Sequence record: SRR31156797_967
Direction: 5' to 3' (one strand)
DNA: 64,000 nt
Under the pieces are notes generated by a model. The model had not been told where the DNA came from and searched no databases. It saw nothing but the letters and a program-made list of their open reading frames with translations. The translations under genes and the position numbers were made by a program. Of this stretch, positions 19,569 to 29,847 are shown one piece after another. The stretch's first letter is position 1, and each line of letters opens with the position of its first letter.

Positions 19569-20309
19569 ATGGTAGATAATTTATATATAAAGGGGATTTC
19601 TATCAAAAGAGAATATATTGATGAAAATCAATTTCCCTTTTCTTTGCCTATAATAAGAAATTTCACTAGCATCAGCTTTTGTTCTCCTGTTACATTTATA
19701 ATGGGTGATAATGGTACAGGGAAGTCAACCCTGCTGGAGGCTATTGCAGTGGCATATGGATTTAATCCAGAGGGCGGTTCAAAGAATTTTAGCTTTAATA
19801 CAAAGAATACCCATTCTTCTCTTTATGATAGTTTAAAGATAGTTAAGGGTGCAAAGATTGCAATGGATGGATTTTTCCTGAGGGCTGAGAGCTTCTATAA
19901 TGTTGCAAGTGAAGTAGATAATCTATACGAAGATGAACTGGAATTGGGGTTAAATACGTCATTTGGCAGCAAATCTTTGCATAATCAGTCTCATGGTGAA
20001 TCATTTCTTTCATTGATGCAGAATAGGCTTAGGGGAAATGGAGTATATATTTTCGATGAACCAGAGGCAGCCTTATCCGTCACTGGTCAGCTGAAAATGC
20101 TGAGAATAATGAAAGATTTGGTGGATAATAATTCACAGTTCATTATCGCTACTCATTCTCCAATAATAACTGCGTTTCCAGATGCAAAAATATATGAAAT
20201 GGAAGCTAGCGAGCTGGTACTAAAAAGTTATACTGAAACAGAGAACTATATAGTTGCAAAATACTTCCTGAATAATACGAAAAAGATGCTGGATGAGATA
20301 TTCAATTAG
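19569..20309 (+). CDS. ABC-class/AAA ATPase (COG3910-like)
   Basis: Walker A GDNGTGKST, SHGESF signature, Walker B FDEPE, ATHSP. Confidence 0.88.
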   Translation: MVDNLYIKGISIKREYIDENQFPFSLPIIRNFTSISFCSPVTFIMGDNGTGKSTLLEAIAVAYGFNPEGGSKNFSFNTKNTHSSLYDSLKIVKGAKIAMDGFFLRAESFYNVASEVDNLYEDELELGLNTSFGSKSLHNQSHGESFLSLMQNRLRGNGVYIFDEPEAALSVTGQLKMLRIMKDLVDNNSQFIIATHSPIITAFPDAKIYEMEASELVLKSYTETENYIVAKYFLNNTKKMLDEIFN

Positions 20310-20358
20310 AAGAAGGGGCTTTCCTATAAGATAGCCCCATTGTATTTTATAAATTGTG

Positions 20359-20649
20359 CTATGACATTTGCTGCTTGATTTGACTGAATTTCTGCTTAGC
20401 TTGTTCAACGTCGTTATCCTGTGCTTGCTTTGTCTGATAGAAACCAAGAGTTCTCATCTGGTCAAAGACCTGATATTGGTCCTTGCAGCAGTCTGTCATG
20501 TTTTGCTGCAGAACTTTTCTTAGGTTTTCACATGAACTTTCCGTAATTGCTGATGTATAGGTGCTGGCTATCTGTTTTTCTTGATTTAGAATATCATTCA
20601 GCAGTTCCTTTTCGCTGAATTGAACTAATTGATTTTGTTGTTGAAACAT
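20359..20649 (-). CDS. Coat F-domain spore coat protein
   Basis: EKELLNDIL.QEK....Y..AITES....LR..L...FDQM...GFY pattern; GGAGG RBS. Confidence 0.85.
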   Translation of the reverse strand: MFQQQNQLVQFSEKELLNDILNQEKQIASTYTSAITESSCENLRKVLQQNMTDCCKDQYQVFDQMRTLGFYQTKQAQDNDVEQAKQKFSQIKQQMS

Positions 20650-20662
20650 TTTGTCCTCCTTA

Positions 20663-20869
20663 TTATTGATGAGAGTTTAAATAGTCATACAGAGATTCGA
20701 ATCTCTGTCTGTGGTGCTGGGATAACTGCTGAGCAAGTCGTTTGCAGTTGTCGTCCTGAAATTGTAGTGAGTATGCATCGCATTTTTTGCTGGCTAGATA
20801 TTCGTAGTTAAGAGTATCCTCTAAATACAGCAAGTTTTTTTCGTCAAGTTTTGGTTTTTGACCTAACAT
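20663..20869 (-). CDS. Small ferritin-like spore coat-associated protein
   Basis: L.YLED.L..E.LA.KKC..Y....D...HH...F..LY.YLNSHQ; co-oriented with Coat F gene; AGGAGG RBS. Confidence 0.75.
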   Translation of the reverse strand: MLGQKPKLDEKNLLYLEDTLNYEYLASKKCDAYSLQFQDDNCKRLAQQLSQHHRQRFESLYDYLNSHQ

Positions 20870-20962
20870 AAATTATCCTCCTAATTTTTTGGAAATTTTC
20901 ATTCATCTGAATGTCATCTTAAATATTTTGTGCTATAATACCTTTATTATGAGGAAATTTTT

Positions 20963-21637
20963 ATGGAAAATATTGCTGAAAAACTAATCGTCACCAGCGT
21001 TAAGTATCAGAAATATGATAAGGAGAAAGTATCTATTTTCGTAAATGGTTCATATTATGATTCTATTCATGATATGATATATGCTTCCAGTAATATTAAA
21101 ATCGGCGAAGAACTGAATATTAATGAATTTAATCAGCTAAAAGTTTCCAGTGAAGGCAGGTTAGCATTTAATCGTGCCATAAAATATATGGGATATAGAA
21201 TGAGGTCAAAGAGGGAAGTAACTGACTATCTTAATAAAAAAGGATTTGATGAAGAGGTAATTGAAATTGCTGTAAGAAGACTTATAGATTTTAAATACTT
21301 AAATGACAGAATGTTTGCCATTAGTTTCATCAGAGACAGCCAGAAATTAAAGCGTCATGGCAGCATAAGAATTGCTTATGAGTTAAAGAAAAAGGGAGTT
21401 TTATCTAATATCATAGATGAAACTATTGAAAAGGAATATGATAAGGAATTAGAATATGAAAATATAATTCGCTTAGCACAAAAATTGCAAAAAAAGCATA
21501 GAAAAGTAGAAGATGAGTACAAGCGTAACGCTAAAATTACAAATTCTCTATACAAAAAAGGTTATTCTTACGATATGATAAACATCGCAATAAGCGAAAC
21601 TTCAAATAATAATAATGAGGCATATGATTATGAATGA
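20963..21637 (+). CDS. recX: Regulatory protein RecX
   Basis: AIKYMGYRMRSKREV..YL..KGF, YLNDRMFA, G..RI.YELKKKGV, L.KKGYSYD. Confidence 0.92.
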   Translation: MENIAEKLIVTSVKYQKYDKEKVSIFVNGSYYDSIHDMIYASSNIKIGEELNINEFNQLKVSSEGRLAFNRAIKYMGYRMRSKREVTDYLNKKGFDEEVIEIAVRRLIDFKYLNDRMFAISFIRDSQKLKRHGSIRIAYELKKKGVLSNIIDETIEKEYDKELEYENIIRLAQKLQKKHRKVEDEYKRNAKITNSLYKKGYSYDMINIAISETSNNNNEAYDYE

Positions 21638-22115
21638 AAAAAACGAAAATGCAAAAGAAGCTTTGAACTACATTAACGAGATATATACTGGTAAACTTGA
21701 TGAATTAAATGCTGTTAACAAAAAAACATATTTGATGCTGGGTTTAAACTGTATATTATTTTTGTCAGCTATTCTTGTTCTGAATAATTACCTAATAATG
21801 AATAAAGCAATGTTTCTTGAATTAATGCTAGGTATAGTATTCCTGTCAGCAAGTATTGTACTGCTGATTGTATCTCTTTGGGATAATAAAAAGACCCAAT
21901 ATTCTGATAAACTAGATAAAAATTTGTTTGATAACAATGATTTAACTATATTTTTCAGAGAACAAATTAACAATAAAAAAATGGAATTTATAATGATTGA
22001 TAAAATGATAAGCAAAAGGAAATCTCTGCTTTTTGTATCATCAATTAGTGTATTCGTCTATATTATATCAATAATCGCAATCCTTATAACTACTGTATAT
22101 ACATTGATGGTATAA
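21615..22115 (+). CDS. Three-TM hypothetical membrane protein
   Basis: Three hydrophobic segments; overlaps recX end; true start may be 21630. Confidence 0.65.
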   Translation: MRHMIMNEKNENAKEALNYINEIYTGKLDELNAVNKKTYLMLGLNCILFLSAILVLNNYLIMNKAMFLELMLGIVFLSASIVLLIVSLWDNKKTQYSDKLDKNLFDNNDLTIFFREQINNKKMEFIMIDKMISKRKSLLFVSSISVFVYIISIIAILITTVYTLMV

Positions 22116-22120
22116 AAAAT

Positions 22121-22150
22121 GAATAGCAAGAAGCTATTTTGGTTAAACTC
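22121..22150 (+). promoter_or_regulatory. Putative SigF/SigG-type promoter for DUF378 gene
   Basis: GAATA-N15-GGTTAAACTC. Confidence 0.45.
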
Positions 22151-22186
22151 CTATTAGGAATAATTAAAGTAAAGGATGAAATCAAA

Positions 22187-22393
22187 ATGGATAAATTTGC
22201 ATTAGGTGTAGTTATTGTCGGTGCGCTTAACTGGCTTTTGATCGGACTGTTCAGGTTCGATTTGGTTGCTGCAATATTCGGCGGACCAACAACAGTGCTT
22301 GCTAGAATTGTTTACATTGTGGTAGGCATAGCAGGTATATGGTGTATTTCATTGATGGCTAAGCTGTTCAGAGTTACAAACGAGCAGGATTAA
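22187..22393 (+). CDS. DUF378 (YuzA-like) small membrane protein
   Basis: MDKFAL.VVIVGALNWLLIGLFRFDLVAAIFG....ARIVYIVVGIAG; AAAGGA RBS before ATG 22187. Confidence 0.92.
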   Translation: MDKFALGVVIVGALNWLLIGLFRFDLVAAIFGGPTTVLARIVYIVVGIAGIWCISLMAKLFRVTNEQD

Positions 22394-22484
22394 CAGCTTT
22401 GCTCAAGTGTTACCATATTAATTTTTTAAGTGTCAGTAATATGATTTAATTGCATATTTGCTGGCACTTTGATATTATTTACTA

Positions 22485-22874
22485 ATGATGAAAAGAATAA
22501 TATTATTATTTACTTGCTTAATTATATTGGCAGCTGGTGCTGGCTGCTCAGGCAAGGCACAGTATGGAAATTATATACTTAAGGAGACTATTAATCCTGA
22601 AACAGGAAAGGTCAGCGACTTCCCATATCCAATTACTGTCACAATAAATAAAGATGGTACAGTACTGCTTATGGATGACTTGTTTGGGGTAGTTAAGGAG
22701 AAAAATCAGACATATTCATTTACACAGACTGTTCAAGTAGGAGATATCGAAGAAATGATAGTACAGGATGGTATGTGGCAGCTGGAGAAGCAGGATGATG
22801 GCAGTACAGCACTGCTTGTTTATCCCTATGATGAAAAAATCATTTATAAACTTTATAAACTACAGGACGATTAA
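22485..22874 (+). CDS. Hypothetical lipoprotein
   Basis: MMKR + hydrophobic stretch + AGAGC lipobox. Confidence 0.75.
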   Translation: MMKRIILLFTCLIILAAGAGCSGKAQYGNYILKETINPETGKVSDFPYPITVTINKDGTVLLMDDLFGVVKEKNQTYSFTQTVQVGDIEEMIVQDGMWQLEKQDDGSTALLVYPYDEKIIYKLYKLQDD

Positions 22875-23587
22875 TTCTCTGTTTCTGTTTTATTGGGATT
22901 TGAATCAATTAGTACCCCATGCAGGTGCTTTCGGTGAAGCATTTTGCCGTATTCCTCTAATTTACCTGATATCTTCATAACTATTTTGCATTCAGGAAGC
23001 TCTCGTGCAAATGAACGATAGAATTCGTAGTAATGTTTTTCGAATATCTCACTATCCATTACTCTTAATGTATCCTTGAATGTAAAATATTTAATATCAT
23101 ATTTTTCGTGTGCTGTTTTTGCACATTGGATTTCCTGAATCAAGTTTCTTTTTAATTGATGAATGCATCTGCCAAAATCCTTGTATGATGATAATTCATC
23201 ATAATCATTAAAATCTATCCAGTTTCCTAATACTTCGCTGTATGGCGTATAGGATAATTCACCAATAACAATTGAATCATCATCCGCTAGCAGTATATTC
23301 ATATCATTAGTACTTATTATGATATCCTTTAAGTAAAACAGAAGTGTACCAAGATGCTTTTCTGCAGTTATATAGTTGGAAAGAATCCTGCCAGTATCTT
23401 CACTAATATCTTTTGAAATTCTCTTTTTTGGGGTAAAGAGGGTAGTACGCAAGATATTCTCACTGGCTGTAGCTATATTTTTCTTGTAAATAGCACAATT
23501 TGGATGCTCTTTTCGTATTATGGGTATAAGCTGAATATTATTCTCAGTATTATTATTTTTTAAATTTATTATTTGATATTCTTTCAT
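22871..23587 (-). CDS. Hypothetical protein, weak resemblance to URO-D/MtaA-family barrel C-terminus
   Basis: 238-aa ORF; MDSEIFEKHYYEFYRSF...IVMKISG resembles MSP..F..F..P.Y.......HxCG. Confidence 0.6.
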   Translation of the reverse strand: MKEYQIINLKNNNTENNIQLIPIIRKEHPNCAIYKKNIATASENILRTTLFTPKKRISKDISEDTGRILSNYITAEKHLGTLLFYLKDIIISTNDMNILLADDDSIVIGELSYTPYSEVLGNWIDFNDYDELSSYKDFGRCIHQLKRNLIQEIQCAKTAHEKYDIKYFTFKDTLRVMDSEIFEKHYYEFYRSFARELPECKIVMKISGKLEEYGKMLHRKHLHGVLIDSNPNKTETEN

Positions 23588-23870
23588 TCTAATGCCCTAA
23601 TTTGATTTATAATATATGTATCAGAAATATTAAAAAGTTTACTATGTTTATAGTTTGTTATACTGCAAAATATAATAGTACATTTACAGTTAATCAATAT
23701 TTTTGAGAAATGCTTTAAATAAAGTTTCTGTTTATTTTTTTATGACATTATATTATAATAGCATGTAGCCCAAATAAAGGCAACAATAAGAATTATAAGT
23801 TTGTAATTAGTAAATATGGCATAGAACTTGGACAAAAACATATGCCGGTAAGAATTGAAAGGCAATAATA

Positions 23871-25724
23871 TTGAGATTATATCAATTAGATTATATATTA
23901 AAGTCAGTTGAAAAACCATCCAGATATACAGGTGGAGAATTAAACAGTATTGTTAAAGAGGAAAATAAATACAGTATTCACTATGCAATGTGCTTTCCTG
24001 ATGTATATGAAGTGGGAATGAGCCATTTAGGAAGCAGAATATTGTATAATGCATTTAATAAAAGGGATGACTGCTTTTGCGAGAGATGCCTCATGCCTTG
24101 GGTGGATATGCTTCAGATTATGGAGGAAAATGATATAGAGTTGTTTTCTTTGGAAACTAAAACACCATTAAATGAATTTGATTTTATAGGATTTACTCTA
24201 CAGACTGAGATGACATATACCAATATTGTTTCTATGATGAAAATGAGTAATATTCCTTTGTATGCTAAAGACAGAGATGAAAGTCATCCTGTTATCATGG
24301 CTGGCGGTCCATGTGCATTCAATGTTGAACCAATTGCAGAGTATTTTGATATTGTTATACTAGGTGATGGTGAACAAGTCAATGATTTGATATTCGATGC
24401 ATATAAAAAATATAAAAGTGAAAAAACTTTAAGGGATGAGTTTTACAAAGAAATTGCGAAGCTGGATGGTGTATATATTCCATCTTTTTATAGGGAAGAA
24501 TACAAAGACAGTAAATATATTGGCACACTGCCTATAAATGATGCTGTTCCGACAGTTGTTAATAAGGCTATTGTTGGCGATATGAATGATGCAGTATGGC
24601 CCGAGAAGCCAATAGTATCATTCCTTCAGTTAGTCCATGACAGAGTGACAATGGAGATATTTCGCGGCTGTACCAGAGGATGCAGATTTTGTCAGGCAGG
24701 GATTATCTACAGACCAGTCAGGGAAAAGAGTATTGATACTATTATCAAGCAGGCTGCCCAAAACATTAAATACACTGGCTATGACGAAATATCATTGACA
24801 AGTTTATCATCCGGTGATTATTCTGATATCGGTGGTTTGGTTACAAGTGTATTTGAGCATGTTAAGGATACCAATACTACAATTTCTCTGCCTTCTCTTA
24901 GACTGGATGCTCATGCAGAGGAATATATGAAGGCGGTAAATACTCAGAGAAAACTAGGGCTGACTCTGGCACCAGAAGCAGGAAGCCAGAGGCTGCGAGA
25001 TGTAATAAATAAAGGTGTTACAGAGGAAGATTTGATAAATTCTGTAAAGGATGCCTTTAGTCATGGATTTAGTACAATTAAGCTGTACTTTATGCTGGGT
25101 TTGCCTACGGAAACTTATGAAGATATTGATGACATTGCAAGGCTTGCATATCTGGTAAGAGAGCAGTATTATGCATTACCAAAGGAAAATAGAAGCGGAC
25201 GGTTAAAGATTACAGTTTCCACTTCATGCTTTATTCCCAAGGCCCATACACCGTTTCAATGGTATGTGCAGGATAGCATTGATGTTTTGAAAGAAAAGCA
25301 GATGCACCTTAAGGACAAGCTAAAAAAAATCAGAGGTGTAAACTATAATTATCACGATGCAGAAGTATCGAGAATAGAAGCCGTTATGGCAAAGGGTGAT
25401 AGGAAGCTTAGTAAAGTTATAGAAAAAGCTCATGAATTAGGCTGCATATTTGACAGCTGGAGTGAGCACTTTGATTATGATAAATGGCTCGAAGCATTTA
25501 AGCTGTGCGATGTAGATATTAATGACTACTTTGTTGAGGAAGATAACCCAATCTTCAGTTTTACACATCTTAGCTGTGGAGTAAGCTTCGATTTCTTGAA
25601 GAGAGAATGGGATAAAGCGCTAAAGGGCGAAACAACACCAGACTGCAGAGTCAAATGCGCTGCCTGCGGTATTAGTAATCTGACTCAATGCAATACTGTA
25701 AATAAATGCCCGCAAAAATTTTAA
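23871..25724 (+). CDS. TIGR03960-family B12-binding radical SAM protein
   Basis: VEKPSRYTGGELNS, FPDVYEVGMSHLG, CxxxCxxC (CTRGCRFC), APEAGSQRLR, C-terminal DCR..C..CG. Confidence 0.93.
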   Translation: MRLYQLDYILKSVEKPSRYTGGELNSIVKEENKYSIHYAMCFPDVYEVGMSHLGSRILYNAFNKRDDCFCERCLMPWVDMLQIMEENDIELFSLETKTPLNEFDFIGFTLQTEMTYTNIVSMMKMSNIPLYAKDRDESHPVIMAGGPCAFNVEPIAEYFDIVILGDGEQVNDLIFDAYKKYKSEKTLRDEFYKEIAKLDGVYIPSFYREEYKDSKYIGTLPINDAVPTVVNKAIVGDMNDAVWPEKPIVSFLQLVHDRVTMEIFRGCTRGCRFCQAGIIYRPVREKSIDTIIKQAAQNIKYTGYDEISLTSLSSGDYSDIGGLVTSVFEHVKDTNTTISLPSLRLDAHAEEYMKAVNTQRKLGLTLAPEAGSQRLRDVINKGVTEEDLINSVKDAFSHGFSTIKLYFMLGLPTETYEDIDDIARLAYLVREQYYALPKENRSGRLKITVSTSCFIPKAHTPFQWYVQDSIDVLKEKQMHLKDKLKKIRGVNYNYHDAEVSRIEAVMAKGDRKLSKVIEKAHELGCIFDSWSEHFDYDKWLEAFKLCDVDINDYFVEEDNPIFSFTHLSCGVSFDFLKREWDKALKGETTPDCRVKCAACGISNLTQCNTVNKCPQKF

Positions 25725-25741
25725 GTGAGACATAAGGAATA

Positions 25742-26410
25742 ATGAGAGTAATAGTAAAATATACAAAAGATGAATCTGCAACATATATTTCCCACCTTGA
25801 TGTACAGCGTTCAATGCAGAGAGCACTCAAAAGAAGTGGACTGCCTGTGAAATACACGCAGGGATTTCATCCTCATATTGCACTGACATTTGCTCAGCCT
25901 TTGCCTGTAGGTGTAGTATCATTGGGGGACTATATGGAGTTTTCCCTAAATGATTATATTGAACCGCCTAGGATTAAAGCAGAGCTGAATTCAGCCTTGG
26001 CACCGGGCTTCTATATAGCTGACTGCGGATATATTAAATCAGGGTACAAGAGCCTTATGTCAATGGTTGATTTGTGTGAGTGGAATGTGCAAATCAATGA
26101 GGACAGTGTAAAAAACATTGACACTAAGATACAAAAACTCCATAATAGTAATGAAATAATTGTAGAGAAGCATACTAAAAAAGGCTATAGAAAAGTTGAT
26201 ATTAAGCCTGGTATTGCAGGAATCGAAATAATAAATACAAGTAACAAAATTCTTAATATGAAGTTACTAAGCGGAGGCAGCATGAATGTTTCACCCAAAA
26301 TGGTTCTATATGCTATGGGGTATGATTCAAGATATGTGCAGATTCAACGAAAAGATATATATTTCAGGGCAAATGGCAGAACTTATCCATTGATAAATAT
26401 TGGTAAGTAG
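25742..26410 (+). CDS. TIGR03936-family radical SAM-associated protein
   Basis: YISHLDV.R..QRAL.R..LP..YTQGFHPH...FA.PLPVG; adjacent to TIGR03960 gene. Confidence 0.92.
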   Translation: MRVIVKYTKDESATYISHLDVQRSMQRALKRSGLPVKYTQGFHPHIALTFAQPLPVGVVSLGDYMEFSLNDYIEPPRIKAELNSALAPGFYIADCGYIKSGYKSLMSMVDLCEWNVQINEDSVKNIDTKIQKLHNSNEIIVEKHTKKGYRKVDIKPGIAGIEIINTSNKILNMKLLSGGSMNVSPKMVLYAMGYDSRYVQIQRKDIYFRANGRTYPLINIGK

Positions 26411-26508
26411 AGTAAAATATATAGGTTAACAGCTAAATGATAGATTAGTATTAGCAAACAAATAGCATAATATGATTATGTTAAATAAATTTATGAGGAC
26501 ATATTATA

Positions 26509-27984
26509 ATGAGTGTTTCACAAGTTAATATTGTCCCTACGAAAACAACCCGTGAACTAGTAGCATCAGTTATTCCCGGACAGGCAAGGCTGGCTGTTCT
26601 GGAAAATGACAAATTGGTAGAATACTATGTTGAACGTCCGGGTAGAGAGCGTCCAGCAGGAAATATCTACAAAGGTAAAGTGGTAAACGTGCTTCCGGGC
26701 ATGGATGCTGCATTTGTAGATATAGGCCTTGAAAAGAACGCATTTTTGTATGTAGGTGATATTGCTCTAGACAAAGAAAATTTCAAATTCAAAAGCGAAA
26801 AGGATACTGATATTCCTGATATTCGTGATGTCGTAAAGCAGGGTCAGGAGATAATTGTTCAGGTTGTAAAGGATCCTCTGGGATCAAAGGGTGCAAGACT
26901 TACTACCCATGTCACATTGCCTGGGCGTATGCTTGTTTTGATGCCTACAATGGATTATGTAGGTGTTTCACGAAGAATAGGAAATGAAGAAGAACGTGAA
27001 AGATTGAAACAGTTGGCGCAGGAAGTTCGGCCTGAAGGAATGGGTGTTATCATTCGTACTGTTGCAGAGAATGCTGATGCAGCAAGTTTTAAGGAAGAAA
27101 TCCTTCATTTATGTTCTCTGTGGAAGGATATTAAAAAATATTCCATTAAGAAAAACGCACCGTCAATTATTCACAGGGATAATGATTTGCTGCTTAGGTC
27201 TATCCGTGATTTGTGCTCAAATGAGACTACAGATTTTATAATCAATGATAAAGAGGAATACAATCGTGTAAAGCAAATGGCTAAGACTCTTGCCCCTCAG
27301 TGGGCAGGTCATGTCAGATACTATGATGGTGATGTGTTTTATGATCGTGGTATCGAAAAAATGGTTGACAAGACTTTTGCACGTCATGTCTGGTTAAAAA
27401 ATGGAGCTTACCTTATTGTTGATCATACTGAAGCTCTTACGGTTATAGATGTTAATACTGGTAAATTCGTTGGAACTAGCAATCTTCAGGATACTATCTT
27501 AAAAGTTAATAAGGAAGCTGCCATAGAGATTGCACGTCAGGTACGCCTTAGAGATATCGGTGGAATTATTATAATCGATTTTATTGATATGCTTGATTCT
27601 GACAGACGTGATGAAATCGTCGAAGTTTTGGAATATGAACTAAAAAAAGATAGAACTAGGACAAATGTAGTAGGTATGACCGGTCTTGGACTGGTTGAAA
27701 TGACCAGGAAAAAAATCCGTCAGAGAGTGGCTACAATGATGCATAAGACATGCCCGTATTGCAGCGGTTCAGGCAGAATATTTAATGAGGAAACAGTTGC
27801 TCTTAAAATACTAAGAGATTTCCTCAACATGGAGCATGAAAACCCCGGTAATCGTTATATACTTAAGGTACATACGGATGTGGCTGATTATATTGAGAAC
27901 GAAGATTTACTGCCTGACAAGGTGGAGATTTACCGCTCCAGAAGCTCCCATGCACAATTTTATAAATTAAGCTCGTATGAGTGA
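26509..27984 (+). CDS. rng: Rne/Rng-family ribonuclease
   Basis: S1 domain GNIYKGKV.NVLPGM.AAFVDIG, TEALTVIDVNTG, RLRDIGGIIIIDFIDM, CPYC.G.G. Confidence 0.95.
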   Translation: MSVSQVNIVPTKTTRELVASVIPGQARLAVLENDKLVEYYVERPGRERPAGNIYKGKVVNVLPGMDAAFVDIGLEKNAFLYVGDIALDKENFKFKSEKDTDIPDIRDVVKQGQEIIVQVVKDPLGSKGARLTTHVTLPGRMLVLMPTMDYVGVSRRIGNEEERERLKQLAQEVRPEGMGVIIRTVAENADAASFKEEILHLCSLWKDIKKYSIKKNAPSIIHRDNDLLLRSIRDLCSNETTDFIINDKEEYNRVKQMAKTLAPQWAGHVRYYDGDVFYDRGIEKMVDKTFARHVWLKNGAYLIVDHTEALTVIDVNTGKFVGTSNLQDTILKVNKEAAIEIARQVRLRDIGGIIIIDFIDMLDSDRRDEIVEVLEYELKKDRTRTNVVGMTGLGLVEMTRKKIRQRVATMMHKTCPYCSGSGRIFNEETVALKILRDFLNMEHENPGNRYILKVHTDVADYIENEDLLPDKVEIYRSRSSHAQFYKLSSYE

Positions 27985-28008
27985 TTATAATAGAAAGGAT
28001 TGATTAAA

Positions 28009-29847
28009 ATGAACAAAGAACAGGGACATATTGAGATTCATTCGGAGAATATCTTTCCCATTATAAAAAAATGGCTCTATAGTGACAGAGATATATTTGT
28101 CAGGGAATTGGTATCAAATGGATGTGATGCAATAACAAAAATGAGAAAACTGATTTCCCTTGGAGAGAGTGATGTTGAGGAAGATAATTGGAAGATTACA
28201 GTAACAAGTGATAAGGAAGCAGGTACACTATCCTTTGAGGATAACGGACTTGGTATGACTGCAAACGAAGTTAAGAAATACATCAATCAGGTTGCATTTT
28301 CTTCTGCTGAGGATTTCTTAGAGAAATTCAAAGATAGTGAAGATGCCATTATTGGTCATTTCGGTTTGGGTTTTTACTCAGCATTTATGGTAGCAAAAAA
28401 AGTTGAGATAAACACTAAGTCATATGTCGACGGTGCTGAAGCTGTGAAATGGACATGTACCGGTGAAACTGACTATACAATAGATGAGTCAGATAAAGAA
28501 ACCAGAGGTACCATTGTAACAATCCATTTGGATGATGAATCCAAGGAATATACCAGCAAATATGCAGTTAGTGCTGTATTACGCAAATACTGCTCCTTTC
28601 TGCCATATGAAATCTTTGCAGTGCAAGCAGGCGAAGAAATAGAAAAAGATGACGACGGCAATGAAAAACCGCTGGAAACTATTAATGATACAAATCCATT
28701 ATGGCTAAGAAATGCTTCAGATATTACTGATGAAGAGTACAAAGCATTCTATCATAAAGTATTCACAGACTATAATGATCCGATTTTCTGGATACATTTA
28801 AATGTAGATTATCCGTTCAGACTAAAAGGTATTTTATATTTTCCAAAATTATCACATCAGTTTGAAAGCGTCGAAGGGCAGATAAAACTATATAATAATC
28901 AGGTATTTGTTGCAGATAATATAAAGGAAATAATTCCTGAATTTTTACTGATGCTAAAAGGAGTACTGGACTGTCCTGATTTACCTCTTAATGTCAGTCG
29001 TTCATTCCTGCAAAATGATAAAGAGATTCAGAAGATACCAACTCATATTATCAAAAAGGTTTCTGACAAGCTAAAAGGATTGGCAAAGAACGAACGTGAG
29101 AATTATGAAAGCTATTGGACAGATATTCACCCATTCGTTAAATACGGTTGTATTCGTGATGAAAAATTCTTTGAACAAGTTAAGGATTATGTCCTTATTC
29201 AGGATGAAACTGATGCATATATAACATTGCCTGAATTCCTTCCTAGTGAAGATGCTGAAAATAAAAAAGTGTATTATGCCACATCAAAGGACAGGCAGAA
29301 GGCATTAATTGATATGTACAAGGATGCTGGATTAAAGGTTGGTGTACTTGATACTATGATTGATCCTCATTTCATTCAGCATTTGGAGATGAAGAATCAA
29401 GGTTTAAGATTTGTCCGTGTGGACAGCGAAACTCCAGATGAATTGAAGCAGGAAGTGAAATTAGCACAGGAAGATAAGGATATGCTTACAGAAGCTTTCC
29501 GACGTGCAACAGGTAAAAAAGAATTGAACGTTGAATTTGAAGCATTAAAAGATGAATCAACAATTGCTACAATGAAGCTGGATGAGACTATGCAGCGTAT
29601 GCAGGAAATGAATATGTATGGCATGGACAACATGGGCTTTATCAAGGAACAGGCAAAACTAATGCTGAATACATCCAGCAGTGTTGTAAGCAGAATATTA
29701 ACAAAAGAAAAAACCAGCGAACAGGATGATGCAATTTTCATGCATATATATGATTTAGCGAAATTAACATCAGGAATGCTGGAACCGAAGGAACTGCAGG
29801 ACTTTGTGGAAAGGTCACAAGAATTATTAGACAGATTGGTGGATTAA
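28009..29847 (+). CDS. htpG: Hsp90 chaperone HtpG
   Basis: NIFPIIKKWLYS..IF.RELVSN..DA, DNGLGM, IGHFGLGFYSAF, PLNVSRS. Confidence 0.96.
   Translation: MNKEQGHIEIHSENIFPIIKKWLYSDRDIFVRELVSNGCDAITKMRKLISLGESDVEEDNWKITVTSDKEAGTLSFEDNGLGMTANEVKKYINQVAFSSAEDFLEKFKDSEDAIIGHFGLGFYSAFMVAKKVEINTKSYVDGAEAVKWTCTGETDYTIDESDKETRGTIVTIHLDDESKEYTSKYAVSAVLRKYCSFLPYEIFAVQAGEEIEKDDDGNEKPLETINDTNPLWLRNASDITDEEYKAFYHKVFTDYNDPIFWIHLNVDYPFRLKGILYFPKLSHQFESVEGQIKLYNNQVFVADNIKEIIPEFLLMLKGVLDCPDLPLNVSRSFLQNDKEIQKIPTHIIKKVSDKLKGLAKNERENYESYWTDIHPFVKYGCIRDEKFFEQVKDYVLIQDETDAYITLPEFLPSEDAENKKVYYATSKDRQKALIDMYKDAGLKVGVLDTMIDPHFIQHLEMKNQGLRFVRVDSETPDELKQEVKLAQEDKDMLTEAFRRATGKKELNVEFEALKDESTIATMKLDETMQRMQEMNMYGMDNMGFIKEQAKLMLNTSSSVVSRILTKEKTSEQDDAIFMHIYDLAKLTSGMLEPKELQDFVERSQELLDRLVD

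Noticed and set aside
19569-20309. ATPase as NdvA-like glucan exporter or defence ATPase
   Set aside because: No TM domain, permease or nuclease partner; motifs fit the stand-alone COG3910 type
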